Origin: Clostridia bacterium
GTDB lineage: Bacteria > Bacillota > Clostridia > Oscillospirales > CAG-272
Length of the DNA: 61,420 bases
Reading direction: 5' to 3'
NCBI GenBank assembly: GCA_017621085.1
Contig: JAGATW010000070.1
Span: 1 to 61,420, forward strand
The stretch's first letter is position 1. Every line of letters starts with the position of its first letter. Below the pieces are notes generated by a model. The model saw nothing but the letters and a program-made list of their open reading frames with translations. It was not told where the DNA came from and ran no database searches. Below, piece after piece: positions 40,053 through 49,636 of this stretch. The translations under genes and the position numbers were made by a program.

Positions 40053-41237
40053 ATGAACATTAAAACTGATTATTCTGACGTATCATTCAAGAATGACGGA
40101 CGTCTTAAGCTATTAATAATTGTAGGAACAAGACCTGAAATTATTCGTCTTGCTGCTGTTATAAATAAATGTAGAAATTATTTTGACTGTGTACTTGCTC
40201 ACACGGGTCAAAACTATGACTATAACTTAAACGGAATATTCTTCCGTGACCTGAAGCTTGCAGACCCTGAGGTTTATATGGATGCAGTAGGTGATGATTT
40301 AGGTGCAACAGTTGGTAACATAATTAATTGCTCATATAAGCTTATGGCACAAACAAAGCCGGATGCACTTCTTATTTTAGGCGATACCAACTCCTGTTTA
40401 TCCGCTATTTCCGCAAAAAGACTTCATATTCCTATTTTCCATATGGAAGCAGGTAACAGATGCAAGGATGAGTGCTTACCAGAGGAAACAAACAGACGTA
40501 TTGTAGATATAATTTCTGACGTTAACTTAGCATACTCTGAGCATGCAAGAAGATATTTAGCTGAGTGTGGCTTGCCGAAGGAAAGAACCTATGTTACAGG
40601 CTCACCAATGGCTGAGGTTTTACACCAAAATCTTGATGAAATCAAGAGGTCTGATGTATTAAAAAGACTTGGCTTAGAGCCTAAAAAATACATACTCTTG
40701 TCAGCGCACAGAGAGGAAAATATTGACACAGAGAAGAACTTTTTATCACTTTTCAACGCTATAAACAAGCTTGCGGAAAAGTACGATATGCCTATTCTTT
40801 ACTCCTGCCATCCACGTTCAAGAAAACGTCTTGAGGCAAGTGGATTTGTTCTTGATAAGAGAGTAATAAGAAATGAGCCCTTAGGCTTCCACGATTATAA
40901 CAAGCTTCAAATGAATGCCTTTTGCGTGGTGTCAGACAGCGGAACATTACCTGAGGAGTCCAGCTTCTTTACAAGCGTTGGCAATCCATTTCCGGCTGTA
41001 TGTATTCGTACATCAACAGAAAGACCTGAGGCGCTTGACAAGGCTTGCTTTATTTTAGCGGGAATTGATGAAAAATCACTTCTACAGGCTGTTACAACAG
41101 CCATTGATATGAATGAAAATGGCGATTACGGTATGCCTGTACCAAACTATGTTGATGAAAATGTTTCAACAAAGGTTGTAAAAATCATTCAGTCCTACAC
41201 AGGCGTAGTTGACAAAATGGTGTGGCGCAAATTTTAG
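40053..41237 (+). CDS. fnlC: Non-hydrolysing UDP-N-acetylhexosamine 2-epimerase (FnlC/CapG/WbjD type)
   Basis: VGTRPEII, HTGQNYD, LGDTNS, HMEAGNR, PEETNR, SDSGT; operon context. Confidence 0.85.
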   Translation: MNIKTDYSDVSFKNDGRLKLLIIVGTRPEIIRLAAVINKCRNYFDCVLAHTGQNYDYNLNGIFFRDLKLADPEVYMDAVGDDLGATVGNIINCSYKLMAQTKPDALLILGDTNSCLSAISAKRLHIPIFHMEAGNRCKDECLPEETNRRIVDIISDVNLAYSEHARRYLAECGLPKERTYVTGSPMAEVLHQNLDEIKRSDVLKRLGLEPKKYILLSAHREENIDTEKNFLSLFNAINKLAEKYDMPILYSCHPRSRKRLEASGFVLDKRVIRNEPLGFHDYNKLQMNAFCVVSDSGTLPEESSFFTSVGNPFPAVCIRTSTERPEALDKACFILAGIDEKSLLQAVTTAIDMNENGDYGMPVPNYVDENVSTKVVKIIQSYTGVVDKMVWRKF

Positions 41238-41271
41238 TTGTCCTACCTTATAATTGAATAGTAAATAAAAT

Positions 41272-41332
41272 GATGTACTGACGAAAAATGCCGAATTTTT
41301 TAGCATTTTGCTTGTTCAGTACATCTTTTTTT
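41272..41332 (+). terminator. Long hairpin with T-run after fnlC
   Basis: GATGTACTGA...TCAGTACATC followed by a T-run. Confidence 0.55.
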
Positions 41333-41426
41333 ATGATTTACTAAAAAAAATTTTGTGTCGAAAACCCTTGTATTTCGGGCATTTTGAGATTTTTTGAAAA
41401 AAATTTTGAAAAAAATTAATTTTGTG

Positions 41427-41455
41427 TGTAACCAAATGACATCTTTTTCCGTCTA
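41427..41455 (+). promoter_or_regulatory. Candidate ECF sigma-factor promoter
   Basis: TGTAACC-N16-CGTCTA matches the AAC/CGT(C) ECF pattern. Confidence 0.5.
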
Positions 41456-41460
41456 TTATG

Positions 41461-41660
41461 GTGAAAGGGCAAATTGCGCCTGTTTATCGTTACCCCATAA
41501 TCGCGATAAAACAGGTGCGTGTCCAACACTTAATGCATAGTAGCTTATGCATTTTAAGTTGAAATCAGCGTTGGCTTGGACGCAAAATTCTTCGTATACT
41601 GTTACAAGCAAATTATTTTTTAAAAGGAGGAAATCAAGAGGTACGCCGAAAAGGCAAAAG
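41461..41660 (+). ncRNA. Candidate structured non-coding RNA or leader
   Basis: GC-richer island with nested hairpins directly after the ECF-type promoter; no credible ORF. Confidence 0.35.
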
Positions 41661-41825
41661 AGGTCATATTGTATGCTCGAATAATGAGTAGCTTAAAAAG
41701 CTTTCGAAACACGCAAATTTTGGGCATTTTACATAATTTTTTGACTTTCGTTTTCAAAAGGAAAATCAAAAAATTGTGCAGTATGACGAAAAAAATCAAG
41801 TTGCAACGACAAAAATTATTTAATG

Positions 41826-41854
41826 TTGCAAAAATTAACATTGCGTGTTATAAT
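41826..41854 (+). promoter_or_regulatory. sigma-A promoter of the MoxR operon
   Basis: TTGCAA-17-TATAAT with TGn extension; AGGAGG RBS downstream. Confidence 0.65.
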
Positions 41855-41900
41855 ATAATAGTAATAAAATTGGTGTTTGACAAATTTAGGAGGATTTTTT

Positions 41901-44900
41901 ATGGAATTGAATCAGTTAGTAAAGCCATATAAGAAAAGATTAATAATTGAATCTCTTATTAAGGCTTCCGCTATTGGAGCATTCTTTGGATTGTGCTTAA
42001 CACTTATCACAGCACTTATCTTTAGAATGTTCCCGCAAAACTGGTACGGAATGCAGCTTGGCTTTATATTAAGCTCTGTAATTTCCGGTGTTGTATGTGC
42101 AGTTATTGTAGGTGTAATCATTTATAGAGTACGCTATACACACGGTATTGCACAAATCGCAAAGAGAATTGACCAGCTCGGCTTAGATGAGCGTGTTAGT
42201 ACAATGATTGAGTATCAAAACGATAAATCATATGTAGCTAAGGTTCAAAGAGATGACACTAAGAGCCGTATGTCTCAAATGAGCGTTAAGGAGCTCAGAA
42301 TTGACGTACCTAAGAAAACACTTGCAGGCTGTCTTGCAATTTTACTTGCAATTTTGCTTGTGTTCTCAGTTTACGCAGCAGAGCCAAACCCACACTACAA
42401 AAAGGCTCAAGAGGTTATTGAGTTCTTAGATGAGGTTGTTGATGGCTCAAATATGAGTGATGCTGATAAGGATGCCATTAATGATATTTTGGATGGTTAT
42501 AAGGATAGCTTAAAGCAGGATATCTCCAAGGAAGAGCATCTTGACATTCTTGAACAGACAAAGGATAAGCTTCAAGACTACTTAAATCAGCAAAAGGAAA
42601 TCAGAGATACAATTATTGAAAGCCTTAAGAACAATGATATTACTGAGGACTTAGCTGATGCAATTGAAAAGCAAGACCCGGAGGCAATTCAAGACGCTCT
42701 TGATAAGATAAAGGAAGAAATTGAAAAGCAACCAACTGCAGAAGAAAAGCAGGAAATGATTGATAAGGTTCAGGATGCATTCCAGGATGCAGTAGATAGT
42801 ACAGAACAGGATTCTGAATTAAAGGATGCCTTTGAGGAAGCAATCAAGGACCTTGAAAAGGTAGAAGAGGAGCTTGACAAGATTGAAGAGGAAATGGATA
42901 AAATCCAGGAAGACCTCGACAAGATTCAAGAGGAAATAGACAAGACTCAAGAAGAAATCGATAAGACTCAAGAGGAAATGGATAAAATCCAAGAGGAAAT
43001 AGACAAGACTCAAGAGGAAATGGATAAGACTCAAGAGGAAATCGATAAGACCCAGCAGGAAATTGAGAACACCGATGAAAAGATTGACGAAAAGCAAGAG
43101 CAAATCGATAACATCGATAAGGAGCTTGAGGAAATCGAAAAGGATGACTCAATGACCGAACAGGAAAAGGAACAGGCTAAGGAAGAGCTTGAGCAGGAAA
43201 AGGATAAGCTCGAGCAAGAAAAGGACCAGCTTGAGCAGGATAAGGAGCAGTTAGAGCAGGACAAGGAACAGCTTGAGCAGGATAAGGCAGAGCAAGAGCA
43301 AAACAAGGAACAGTTAGAGCAAGACAAGGCTGAAAAGGAAGAAACAAAGAACGAGCAAGAGCAAACAAAACAGGAGCAGGAGCAACAGAAGGAAAATCTT
43401 GAAAACACTGTTGACAAGTCCGAGTTCCAGGAAGAGCTTGATAAGACATTTGATGACTTGTACGATAACATTATGGATTCTATTGAAAAGGACAGCGCAC
43501 TTGAGGACACTGTTGATAAGATAGAGGACGAATTCGAAAAGATTGAGGATGAGCTTAAGGGCGAGGTTGATAACGAAATCGAAAACGGCTTTGAGGAAAT
43601 TGAAGACATCATCGAAAACTCTAAGGCAGACGAAGAGTCTAAGGATGAGATGAGAGATGAAATGGATGACCTTAAGGACAAAATTGATGATATCAATAAG
43701 GACAACTCCATGACCGAGGAAGAAAAGACCGAGGCTAAGGACGATGCTATTCACGACACACAAGATAAGATAGAGGATAAGACCGAGAAGGAAGACGAGG
43801 CTCAGGACGAAATCACTGACAATATGCAAAACAGCGATAATGAGCTTGTTGAAGACCTTGGCGACGCTATTCAATCTAAGGATGAAGACAAGATAAACGA
43901 TGCTCTTGATAAGATTCAGGAGGAGCTTGACAAAATCCAACAGGAAACAGATAAAATCCAAGACGAAATTGATAAGACTCAAGACAAGATAGATGATATC
44001 AACAAGGAAATGGAAAACATTGATAAGAATGAAAACATGACCGAGTCCGAAAAGAACGATGCTAAGCAAGAGCTTGAAAACGAAAAGAACGAGCTTGAGC
44101 AAGACAAGAGCGACCTTGAAAGCTCAAAGCAAGAGCAAGAGGACAAGAAGGACCAAATAGTTGAGGACATCTTCAATTCTGCTGAAAAGGCTCCTGACTC
44201 CGACATTAAGGATGCGGTTCAGGACTATGCACAAAACCTTGACAAGAGCGAAAACAAGGAAGACCTTGAAAACGCAACAGAGGATGCAAAGCAGGATATA
44301 AACAACGCAATCCAAAAGAACGAAACAAACAAGGAAATTGCTGACGAGCTTGACAACATTCGTCAAGAAATCAATCAGTCACAATCCAATAAGGAAAACA
44401 ACGACACAATGGAGGACATGAAGGACTCTATTGAAAACAGCGATGCAAGTGCTAACGACAAGGAAGCAGCTAAGGATTGGCTTGATAAGAACAACCAAGA
44501 AATTCAAGACGACATTCTTAACAATGACAATATGAACGAGCAGGAAAAGAATGACGCTTTAGGTGACAAGTATCAAGACATGAAGGAAGACATCAGCAAC
44601 GGAATGAAGGAAGACCAAGAGCAGTACGATAAGGACAACAGCTCCTTCCAGGATTCCAAAAATGACAACTTCCAGCAAATAGGCGAGGCACTTGAGGAAA
44701 ACAACAAGGATAAGCTTGATGGAGCAACAGAAAACATTAAGCAAGACAATAAGGAACAGAGTGACGAGGCTTGGAAAGAAACTGTAAACGATATGATAGG
44801 CGAGCTTGAGAATATCAAGAATAACGGCGAAATCAGCGACGAAATGAAGGATATCGTTGAGGACTATCAGGGCAAGCTTGAGGATGCACTTGAAAAATCA

Positions 44901-45476
44901 GAAACCGATATGGAAGGTGCTAAGGAAGATGTTGAAAACGCTACAAACGAATTCAACAAGGACTTAAGCGACTTTATGGAAGACCACTTTGGCGCTCAGG
45001 AAATGGGCAAGGATATGATTGGTAACCTTGACCAAGCTCAAGACAACCTAAACGGCGACAAGAGCGAAAACCAAGAGGGCGAAAACCAGCAGGGTGGCGA
45101 CAAGCAAGAGCAAGAGGGCGATAGCCAACAAGGTGGCGACAAGGAGCAAGAGGGACAAAATCCTGAAGGCGATAAGCAGGAGCAAGAGGGCGAGCAAGGC
45201 AAGGGCGAAAGCGAATCCGACAAGGAAAACGAGTCCGACTCTGAGTCCGAGGGCGATAGCGAAAACGAGTCCGACAGTGAAACTACCGGTGGTGGCGGAA
45301 ACAGTGAATATAAGGATGAAGCTACCATCTTTATTCCTGGATTTGGCAATATGACCTTCCAAGACCTTGTAGATCAAGGCGTGCTCAATGATGAATTTGA
45401 CAAGATGTTCGACCGTGAATTAACAGAGGAAGAGCGTCAGTTCATCGCAAACTATCTTGACACAGTTAAAAAATAA
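41901..45476 (+). CDS. Very large acidic, repetitive coiled-coil protein with N-terminal membrane anchor
   Basis: Three N-terminal hydrophobic segments with RIDQLGLDERVSTMIE; D/E/K/Q/N-dominated heptads; low-complexity tail; start after AGGAGG. Confidence 0.8.
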   Translation: MELNQLVKPYKKRLIIESLIKASAIGAFFGLCLTLITALIFRMFPQNWYGMQLGFILSSVISGVVCAVIVGVIIYRVRYTHGIAQIAKRIDQLGLDERVSTMIEYQNDKSYVAKVQRDDTKSRMSQMSVKELRIDVPKKTLAGCLAILLAILLVFSVYAAEPNPHYKKAQEVIEFLDEVVDGSNMSDADKDAINDILDGYKDSLKQDISKEEHLDILEQTKDKLQDYLNQQKEIRDTIIESLKNNDITEDLADAIEKQDPEAIQDALDKIKEEIEKQPTAEEKQEMIDKVQDAFQDAVDSTEQDSELKDAFEEAIKDLEKVEEELDKIEEEMDKIQEDLDKIQEEIDKTQEEIDKTQEEMDKIQEEIDKTQEEMDKTQEEIDKTQQEIENTDEKIDEKQEQIDNIDKELEEIEKDDSMTEQEKEQAKEELEQEKDKLEQEKDQLEQDKEQLEQDKEQLEQDKAEQEQNKEQLEQDKAEKEETKNEQEQTKQEQEQQKENLENTVDKSEFQEELDKTFDDLYDNIMDSIEKDSALEDTVDKIEDEFEKIEDELKGEVDNEIENGFEEIEDIIENSKADEESKDEMRDEMDDLKDKIDDINKDNSMTEEEKTEAKDDAIHDTQDKIEDKTEKEDEAQDEITDNMQNSDNELVEDLGDAIQSKDEDKINDALDKIQEELDKIQQETDKIQDEIDKTQDKIDDINKEMENIDKNENMTESEKNDAKQELENEKNELEQDKSDLESSKQEQEDKKDQIVEDIFNSAEKAPDSDIKDAVQDYAQNLDKSENKEDLENATEDAKQDINNAIQKNETNKEIADELDNIRQEINQSQSNKENNDTMEDMKDSIENSDASANDKEAAKDWLDKNNQEIQDDILNNDNMNEQEKNDALGDKYQDMKEDISNGMKEDQEQYDKDNSSFQDSKNDNFQQIGEALEENNKDKLDGATENIKQDNKEQSDEAWKETVNDMIGELENIKNNGEISDEMKDIVEDYQGKLEDALEKSETDMEGAKEDVENATNEFNKDLSDFMEDHFGAQEMGKDMIGNLDQAQDNLNGDKSENQEGENQQGGDKQEQEGDSQQGGDKEQEGQNPEGDKQEQEGEQGKGESESDKENESDSESEGDSENESDSETTGGGGNSEYKDEATIFIPGFGNMTFQDLVDQGVLNDEFDKMFDRELTEEERQFIANYLDTVKK
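42876..43064 (+). repeat. 9 x 21-bp coding tandem repeat (DK[I/T]QEE[I/M])
   Basis: GACAAGACTCAAGAGGAAATG-like units. Confidence 0.85.
43191..43337 (+). repeat. 7 x 21-bp coding tandem repeat (EQDKEQL)
   Basis: GAGCAGGATAAGGAGCAGTTA-like units. Confidence 0.8.
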
Positions 45477-45509
45477 TTAAAAAAATAACAGTATACGGAG
45501 AATAAGATT

Positions 45510-46700
45510 ATGGGATTATTTAACAAAGCGAACAAGGAAGCTAAGCCTGAAGAATTAAAGGCAAACGTAGCAAATACAACCGAAACAAACGTAGAGCCAA
45601 AGGCTGAAACAAAGCCTGAGGTTAAGCCGGAGCCAAAGAAGGAGCCTGTGGTACCAAAGGAACCGGTTCAAGACATCAAGATTGACGAAAAGGCAGAGAA
45701 GGAATTAAAGCTCTTTGCTGAAAAGTGTGCAAAGATATTCACTGAGGTTAAGAAGGATATCATTGGTCAAGAAGAGGTTGTTCAATCAACAATCATCGCA
45801 ATTATCGCAGGTGGTAACGTTCTCTTAGAGGGTGCGCCCGGTCTTGGTAAGACACGTCTTGTACGTTCACTTGGTAAGGTATTTGACCTACCGTTCTCAA
45901 GAATTCAGTTTACACCTGACTTGATGCCTGCCGACGTAACAGGTACTAACATTATTACTAAGGATGAAAACGGAACCTCTAAGTTCGAGTTCCAGAAGGG
46001 TCCTGTATTCAGTAACATAGTACTCGCGGACGAAATTAACCGTGCTACACCAAAGACACAGGCAGCTTTACTTGAGGCCATGCAGGAGCATAAGGTTACA
46101 GTAATGGGTGTTTCTCGTAAGCTTGACGAGCCATTCTTCGTTTTAGCTACACAGAACCCAATTGAGCAGGATGGTACATATCCATTGCCTGAAGCTCAGA
46201 TGGACCGTTTTATGTTCAAAATTTTAGTCCCAAATCCATCCGCTGCTGAGCTTGGACAAATCGTTACAATGACACAAAAGACAATGGATGAAACAGCGTC
46301 TGCTGCTTGTAACGGTGAAGAGCTCTTAAGAATGAGAGAGGTAGCTAAGTCTATTCCAATTGCATCCGAGGTTCTTGAGTATGCAATGGTAATGGTAGCT
46401 TCTACTCATTACAACAGCGAAATTGCAACCGATACAGCAAAGAAATATATTCGTGATGGTGCCAGCCCTCGTGCGGCTCAGGCTCTTATCACAGCAGCAA
46501 AGGTACGTGCTCTTGTTAAGGGCAGATACAATGTATCATACGATGATATCAATACCCTTGCTATTCCGGTACTCCGCCACAGAATCAAGCTCGGCTTCGA
46601 GGCTGTAACATCTAAGCTCACAGCAGACGATGTTGTAAAGGCTCACATAGCTGACCTTAACAATGTAAGCAAGTCATCAATTATCAACAAAAAGAAATAA
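45510..46700 (+). CDS. moxR: MoxR-family AAA+ ATPase
   Basis: GAPGLGKT, RIQFTPDLMPAD, LADEINRA, ATQNPIEQDGTYPLPEAQMDRF, GASPRA. Confidence 0.95.
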   Translation: MGLFNKANKEAKPEELKANVANTTETNVEPKAETKPEVKPEPKKEPVVPKEPVQDIKIDEKAEKELKLFAEKCAKIFTEVKKDIIGQEEVVQSTIIAIIAGGNVLLEGAPGLGKTRLVRSLGKVFDLPFSRIQFTPDLMPADVTGTNIITKDENGTSKFEFQKGPVFSNIVLADEINRATPKTQAALLEAMQEHKVTVMGVSRKLDEPFFVLATQNPIEQDGTYPLPEAQMDRFMFKILVPNPSAAELGQIVTMTQKTMDETASAACNGEELLRMREVAKSIPIASEVLEYAMVMVASTHYNSEIATDTAKKYIRDGASPRAAQALITAAKVRALVKGRYNVSYDDINTLAIPVLRHRIKLGFEAVTSKLTADDVVKAHIADLNNVSKSSIINKKK

Positions 46701-46715
46701 TAAGGGCGGTTTGGC

Positions 46716-47615
46716 ATGAAAAGAAGAATATTAGACGGTGATTTTCTTGACCGTCTAGATGCTGCCTCTCTTATCTTAAAAACACCAATGACCGGTTTCT
46801 TCGGTGGTGGTCGTAAGGCAAGGTCATATGGTAATACAGTAGAGTTTGCAGACTTCCGTGAATACTTCCCGGGAGATGATATCAGACGTATTGACTGGAA
46901 CGTTTACGCACGTTTTGAAAAATACTTCATTAAGCTCTTTACTGATGAAAGACAAATGCACAACCAGATTTATATAGACTGCTCTGCCTCTATGGCTTGT
47001 GGAAAGCCGGAGAAGGCAGCAGCAGCCTTAAGGGTTGCGGCAGCATTTGGATACCTCTCAGTTTCTGCAATGGATAGAGTTTCTTATAAGCTTATCAAGG
47101 GCGACAAGCTCGAGGATATAAAAATAACTATTACAAATAAGGACTCCTTCTATCGTGCGGCGCAGTATCTTGAGGATACTGAGTTTGAGGGGGATTTGGA
47201 CATGGAAAAAGCCATTGTACAAGCAAAGGCACCAGGTCACGATGACGGTCTTACAATTATTATTTCAGACTTTTTGACTGAAAGCGACTGGAAAAAGGCT
47301 ATCGACTTTCTGTTATATCACAGACGTGAGGTTATGCTCATACAGATCATGTCCCCTGATGAACTATATCCCGATTTTGACGGACGTATTCATATGATGG
47401 ACTCTGAAGCACCTGACTTAGCTGACGGACGTAACATGAGAGTGGTTGTCACCAAAAAAATGGTAGAAGCCTATCAAAAGGCATTGGACGAATATGAAAA
47501 GGAGATTATCGACTTTTGCGCTGCAAGAAATGTAACCTTCTTTACAGTTTCCTCTGATGATCCAATTGAAAGGGTAATCTTTGGAAAGGGCTATGAGGCG
47601 GAAGTAATCAAATGA
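46716..47615 (+). CDS. DUF58 domain protein
   Basis: EFADFREYFPGDDIRRIDWN, DCSASM, IISDF. Confidence 0.92.
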   Translation: MKRRILDGDFLDRLDAASLILKTPMTGFFGGGRKARSYGNTVEFADFREYFPGDDIRRIDWNVYARFEKYFIKLFTDERQMHNQIYIDCSASMACGKPEKAAAALRVAAAFGYLSVSAMDRVSYKLIKGDKLEDIKITITNKDSFYRAAQYLEDTEFEGDLDMEKAIVQAKAPGHDDGLTIIISDFLTESDWKKAIDFLLYHRREVMLIQIMSPDELYPDFDGRIHMMDSEAPDLADGRNMRVVVTKKMVEAYQKALDEYEKEIIDFCAARNVTFFTVSSDDPIERVIFGKGYEAEVIK

Positions 47616-49636
47616 GTTTTATATATCCACTTGGTCTTTTGGGCTTACTTGCCATACCGATCATAATAATCATTTATTTATTAAGATCCAAGTATAAGAG
47701 CAAGAATGTTTCAAGTACGTTTATCTGGAAACGAAGCTTGAAATATGTTAAGCGCAAAATTCCTTTGAATTTCATAATGTCATTATTACTTATTCTTCAA
47801 ATTTTAACAGTAGTAGCGGCGAGCTTTGCCATTGCCCGTCCAACTGTTAAACCTCTTAAGAGTGAAGAAAAGGTAGTAATTATTGACGCTTCTGCCAGTA
47901 TGCTTGCTGAAAAGGGTGGGGTAACACGCTTTGAATACGCAATACAGCAGGTAAAGGAAGCGACACAGGATGCAGGCTCTAACAATCAGTACACCATTCT
48001 TTTAGCCGGTGAAACTGTAAAGGAGCTTACATCAAGAGAAACCGATAGAGGCGAAATTTTAACCAAGCTTGATGGTTTAAAATGTACAATGGGTAATGCC
48101 GACATAAGTGCTGCACTTTTGAAGGCAGGGGATGTTTTAAACCAAAACTCCGGTGCAAAGGTTCTTCTTTATACAGATAAAACATACATTAACGCAGATG
48201 GCGTTGAGATTGTTGATTGTAAGAGAGATGGCGAATGGAATGCAGGCGTTATTAATTTTGAAGATAATGAGCTTGCAAACGGAACAGAGTTTATTGCAAG
48301 TGTTGGTAACTATGGCTTAGGCTCAAGCTGCAGCATCAAGCTTTTAATTGACGGTAAGGTAGCAGGTCAAAAGACCTTGAGCTTAGAGGCTAACCAAATC
48401 AGAACAGTAAGATTTACTCACTCAACAACACAGGGTGCTGATGATAGTGAGATAAGAATTGAATTAAGCCAGGCTGTAAAGAGCTATACAGAGGCAACTG
48501 TTGTTATTAACTCAGAGGATAATTTTGAATATGATGATTCCTTTACAATTTATCCAAAGGAAAAAATCAATCCGAAAATCCTTTATGTCAGCAAATATGT
48601 TGACTTTAATGGCGGTAAGGTATCTTGTACTCGTTCACTCTTGTACAGAGCCTTCTTGGCGGTAGGCTATTCAATTGACTCATCGAATATGTATTCAAGC
48701 GTTGACCAGGTTGACGAATACAAGGGCTATGACCTTTATATCTTTGAAGGTGTTGAGCCTTATGATATTCCAACCGACGGTGCTGTTTGGATACTTGATG
48801 CAAAGCAAGTGCCGGATAAGGCAGGTATTGTAATTGATAATACAGAATACGATGCATCTGCTATGGGCAACAAAAACGGATTTAAGTTTGAAAAAACACT
48901 TAGTCTTGATATAATTGAAGAATTGGTAAAGAATGTTTATTTTGACCCAATGAAAATCAATCTTGCATCAGGACCTATCTATGTTGACGCAGCTCTTACA
49001 AAATATCGTCCTATTATAAATAAGGGCACATTTAAGCCTGTATTTACAGCACAGGGACAAGATGTTATGGTTGCAGGTAATATAGGCAGTGTTCGTATGA
49101 TTGTAACATCCTTTGACTTTACAAATTCATCCTTGGGAGCATATGTTTCTGACTTCCCGATTCTTGTTTGGAATATGGTTAACTACTCAATTCCGGACCC
49201 ATTACCCGATAGAACGGCAACTGTTGGCACAGAGGTATCCTTTAACTACCCGGCAGGTGCTACAACCATTACATATAATTTTAATGGTGAAATGGTAAAT
49301 AAGAAGGACTTAACAGGACAGGGCACAAGTGACGAGGAGCTTGTACACAAGTTTGTAATTAACGAGCCCGGCAAATATGAGCTTATTGTTACATATCCGG
49401 ATGGCGACGACGCTGATAATCTTGAGGAAGTTAAGAGATATATTGTAACCGGACACGTATCTGAAAACGAGTCTATGATAGTACAAAGAGTACCAACAGA
49501 ATCAATAAGCGCTCCCGAGCCACAGGATGGCACGCAGGAAACCTTTGAGCCTGTTGAGATATTCCCGTATCTTATTGCCTTACTGATTTTATTATTAATA
49601 ATTGAATGGGGGGTATATTATCGTGACCAATATTGA
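47612..49636 (+). CDS. BatA-type N-terminal / von Willebrand A domain membrane protein
   Basis: MSFIYPLGLLGLLAIP..VSSTFIW..ARP; MIDAS DASAS; C-terminal TM ending LLIIEW. Confidence 0.85.
   Translation: MSFIYPLGLLGLLAIPIIIIIYLLRSKYKSKNVSSTFIWKRSLKYVKRKIPLNFIMSLLLILQILTVVAASFAIARPTVKPLKSEEKVVIIDASASMLAEKGGVTRFEYAIQQVKEATQDAGSNNQYTILLAGETVKELTSRETDRGEILTKLDGLKCTMGNADISAALLKAGDVLNQNSGAKVLLYTDKTYINADGVEIVDCKRDGEWNAGVINFEDNELANGTEFIASVGNYGLGSSCSIKLLIDGKVAGQKTLSLEANQIRTVRFTHSTTQGADDSEIRIELSQAVKSYTEATVVINSEDNFEYDDSFTIYPKEKINPKILYVSKYVDFNGGKVSCTRSLLYRAFLAVGYSIDSSNMYSSVDQVDEYKGYDLYIFEGVEPYDIPTDGAVWILDAKQVPDKAGIVIDNTEYDASAMGNKNGFKFEKTLSLDIIEELVKNVYFDPMKINLASGPIYVDAALTKYRPIINKGTFKPVFTAQGQDVMVAGNIGSVRMIVTSFDFTNSSLGAYVSDFPILVWNMVNYSIPDPLPDRTATVGTEVSFNYPAGATTITYNFNGEMVNKKDLTGQGTSDEELVHKFVINEPGKYELIVTYPDGDDADNLEEVKRYIVTGHVSENESMIVQRVPTESISAPEPQDGTQETFEPVEIFPYLIALLILLLIIEWGVYYRDQY

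Noticed and set aside
41620-41932. ORFs 41669..41932 (+) and 41620..41841 (-)
   Set aside because: They span the AT-rich promoter region, lack convincing RBS-start pairs and have no recognisable motifs
42819-45377. Long antisense Ser- or Leu-rich ORFs (e.g. 43031..43711, 43314..44102)
   Set aside because: Shadows of the E/D/K/Q-rich repetitive coding strand
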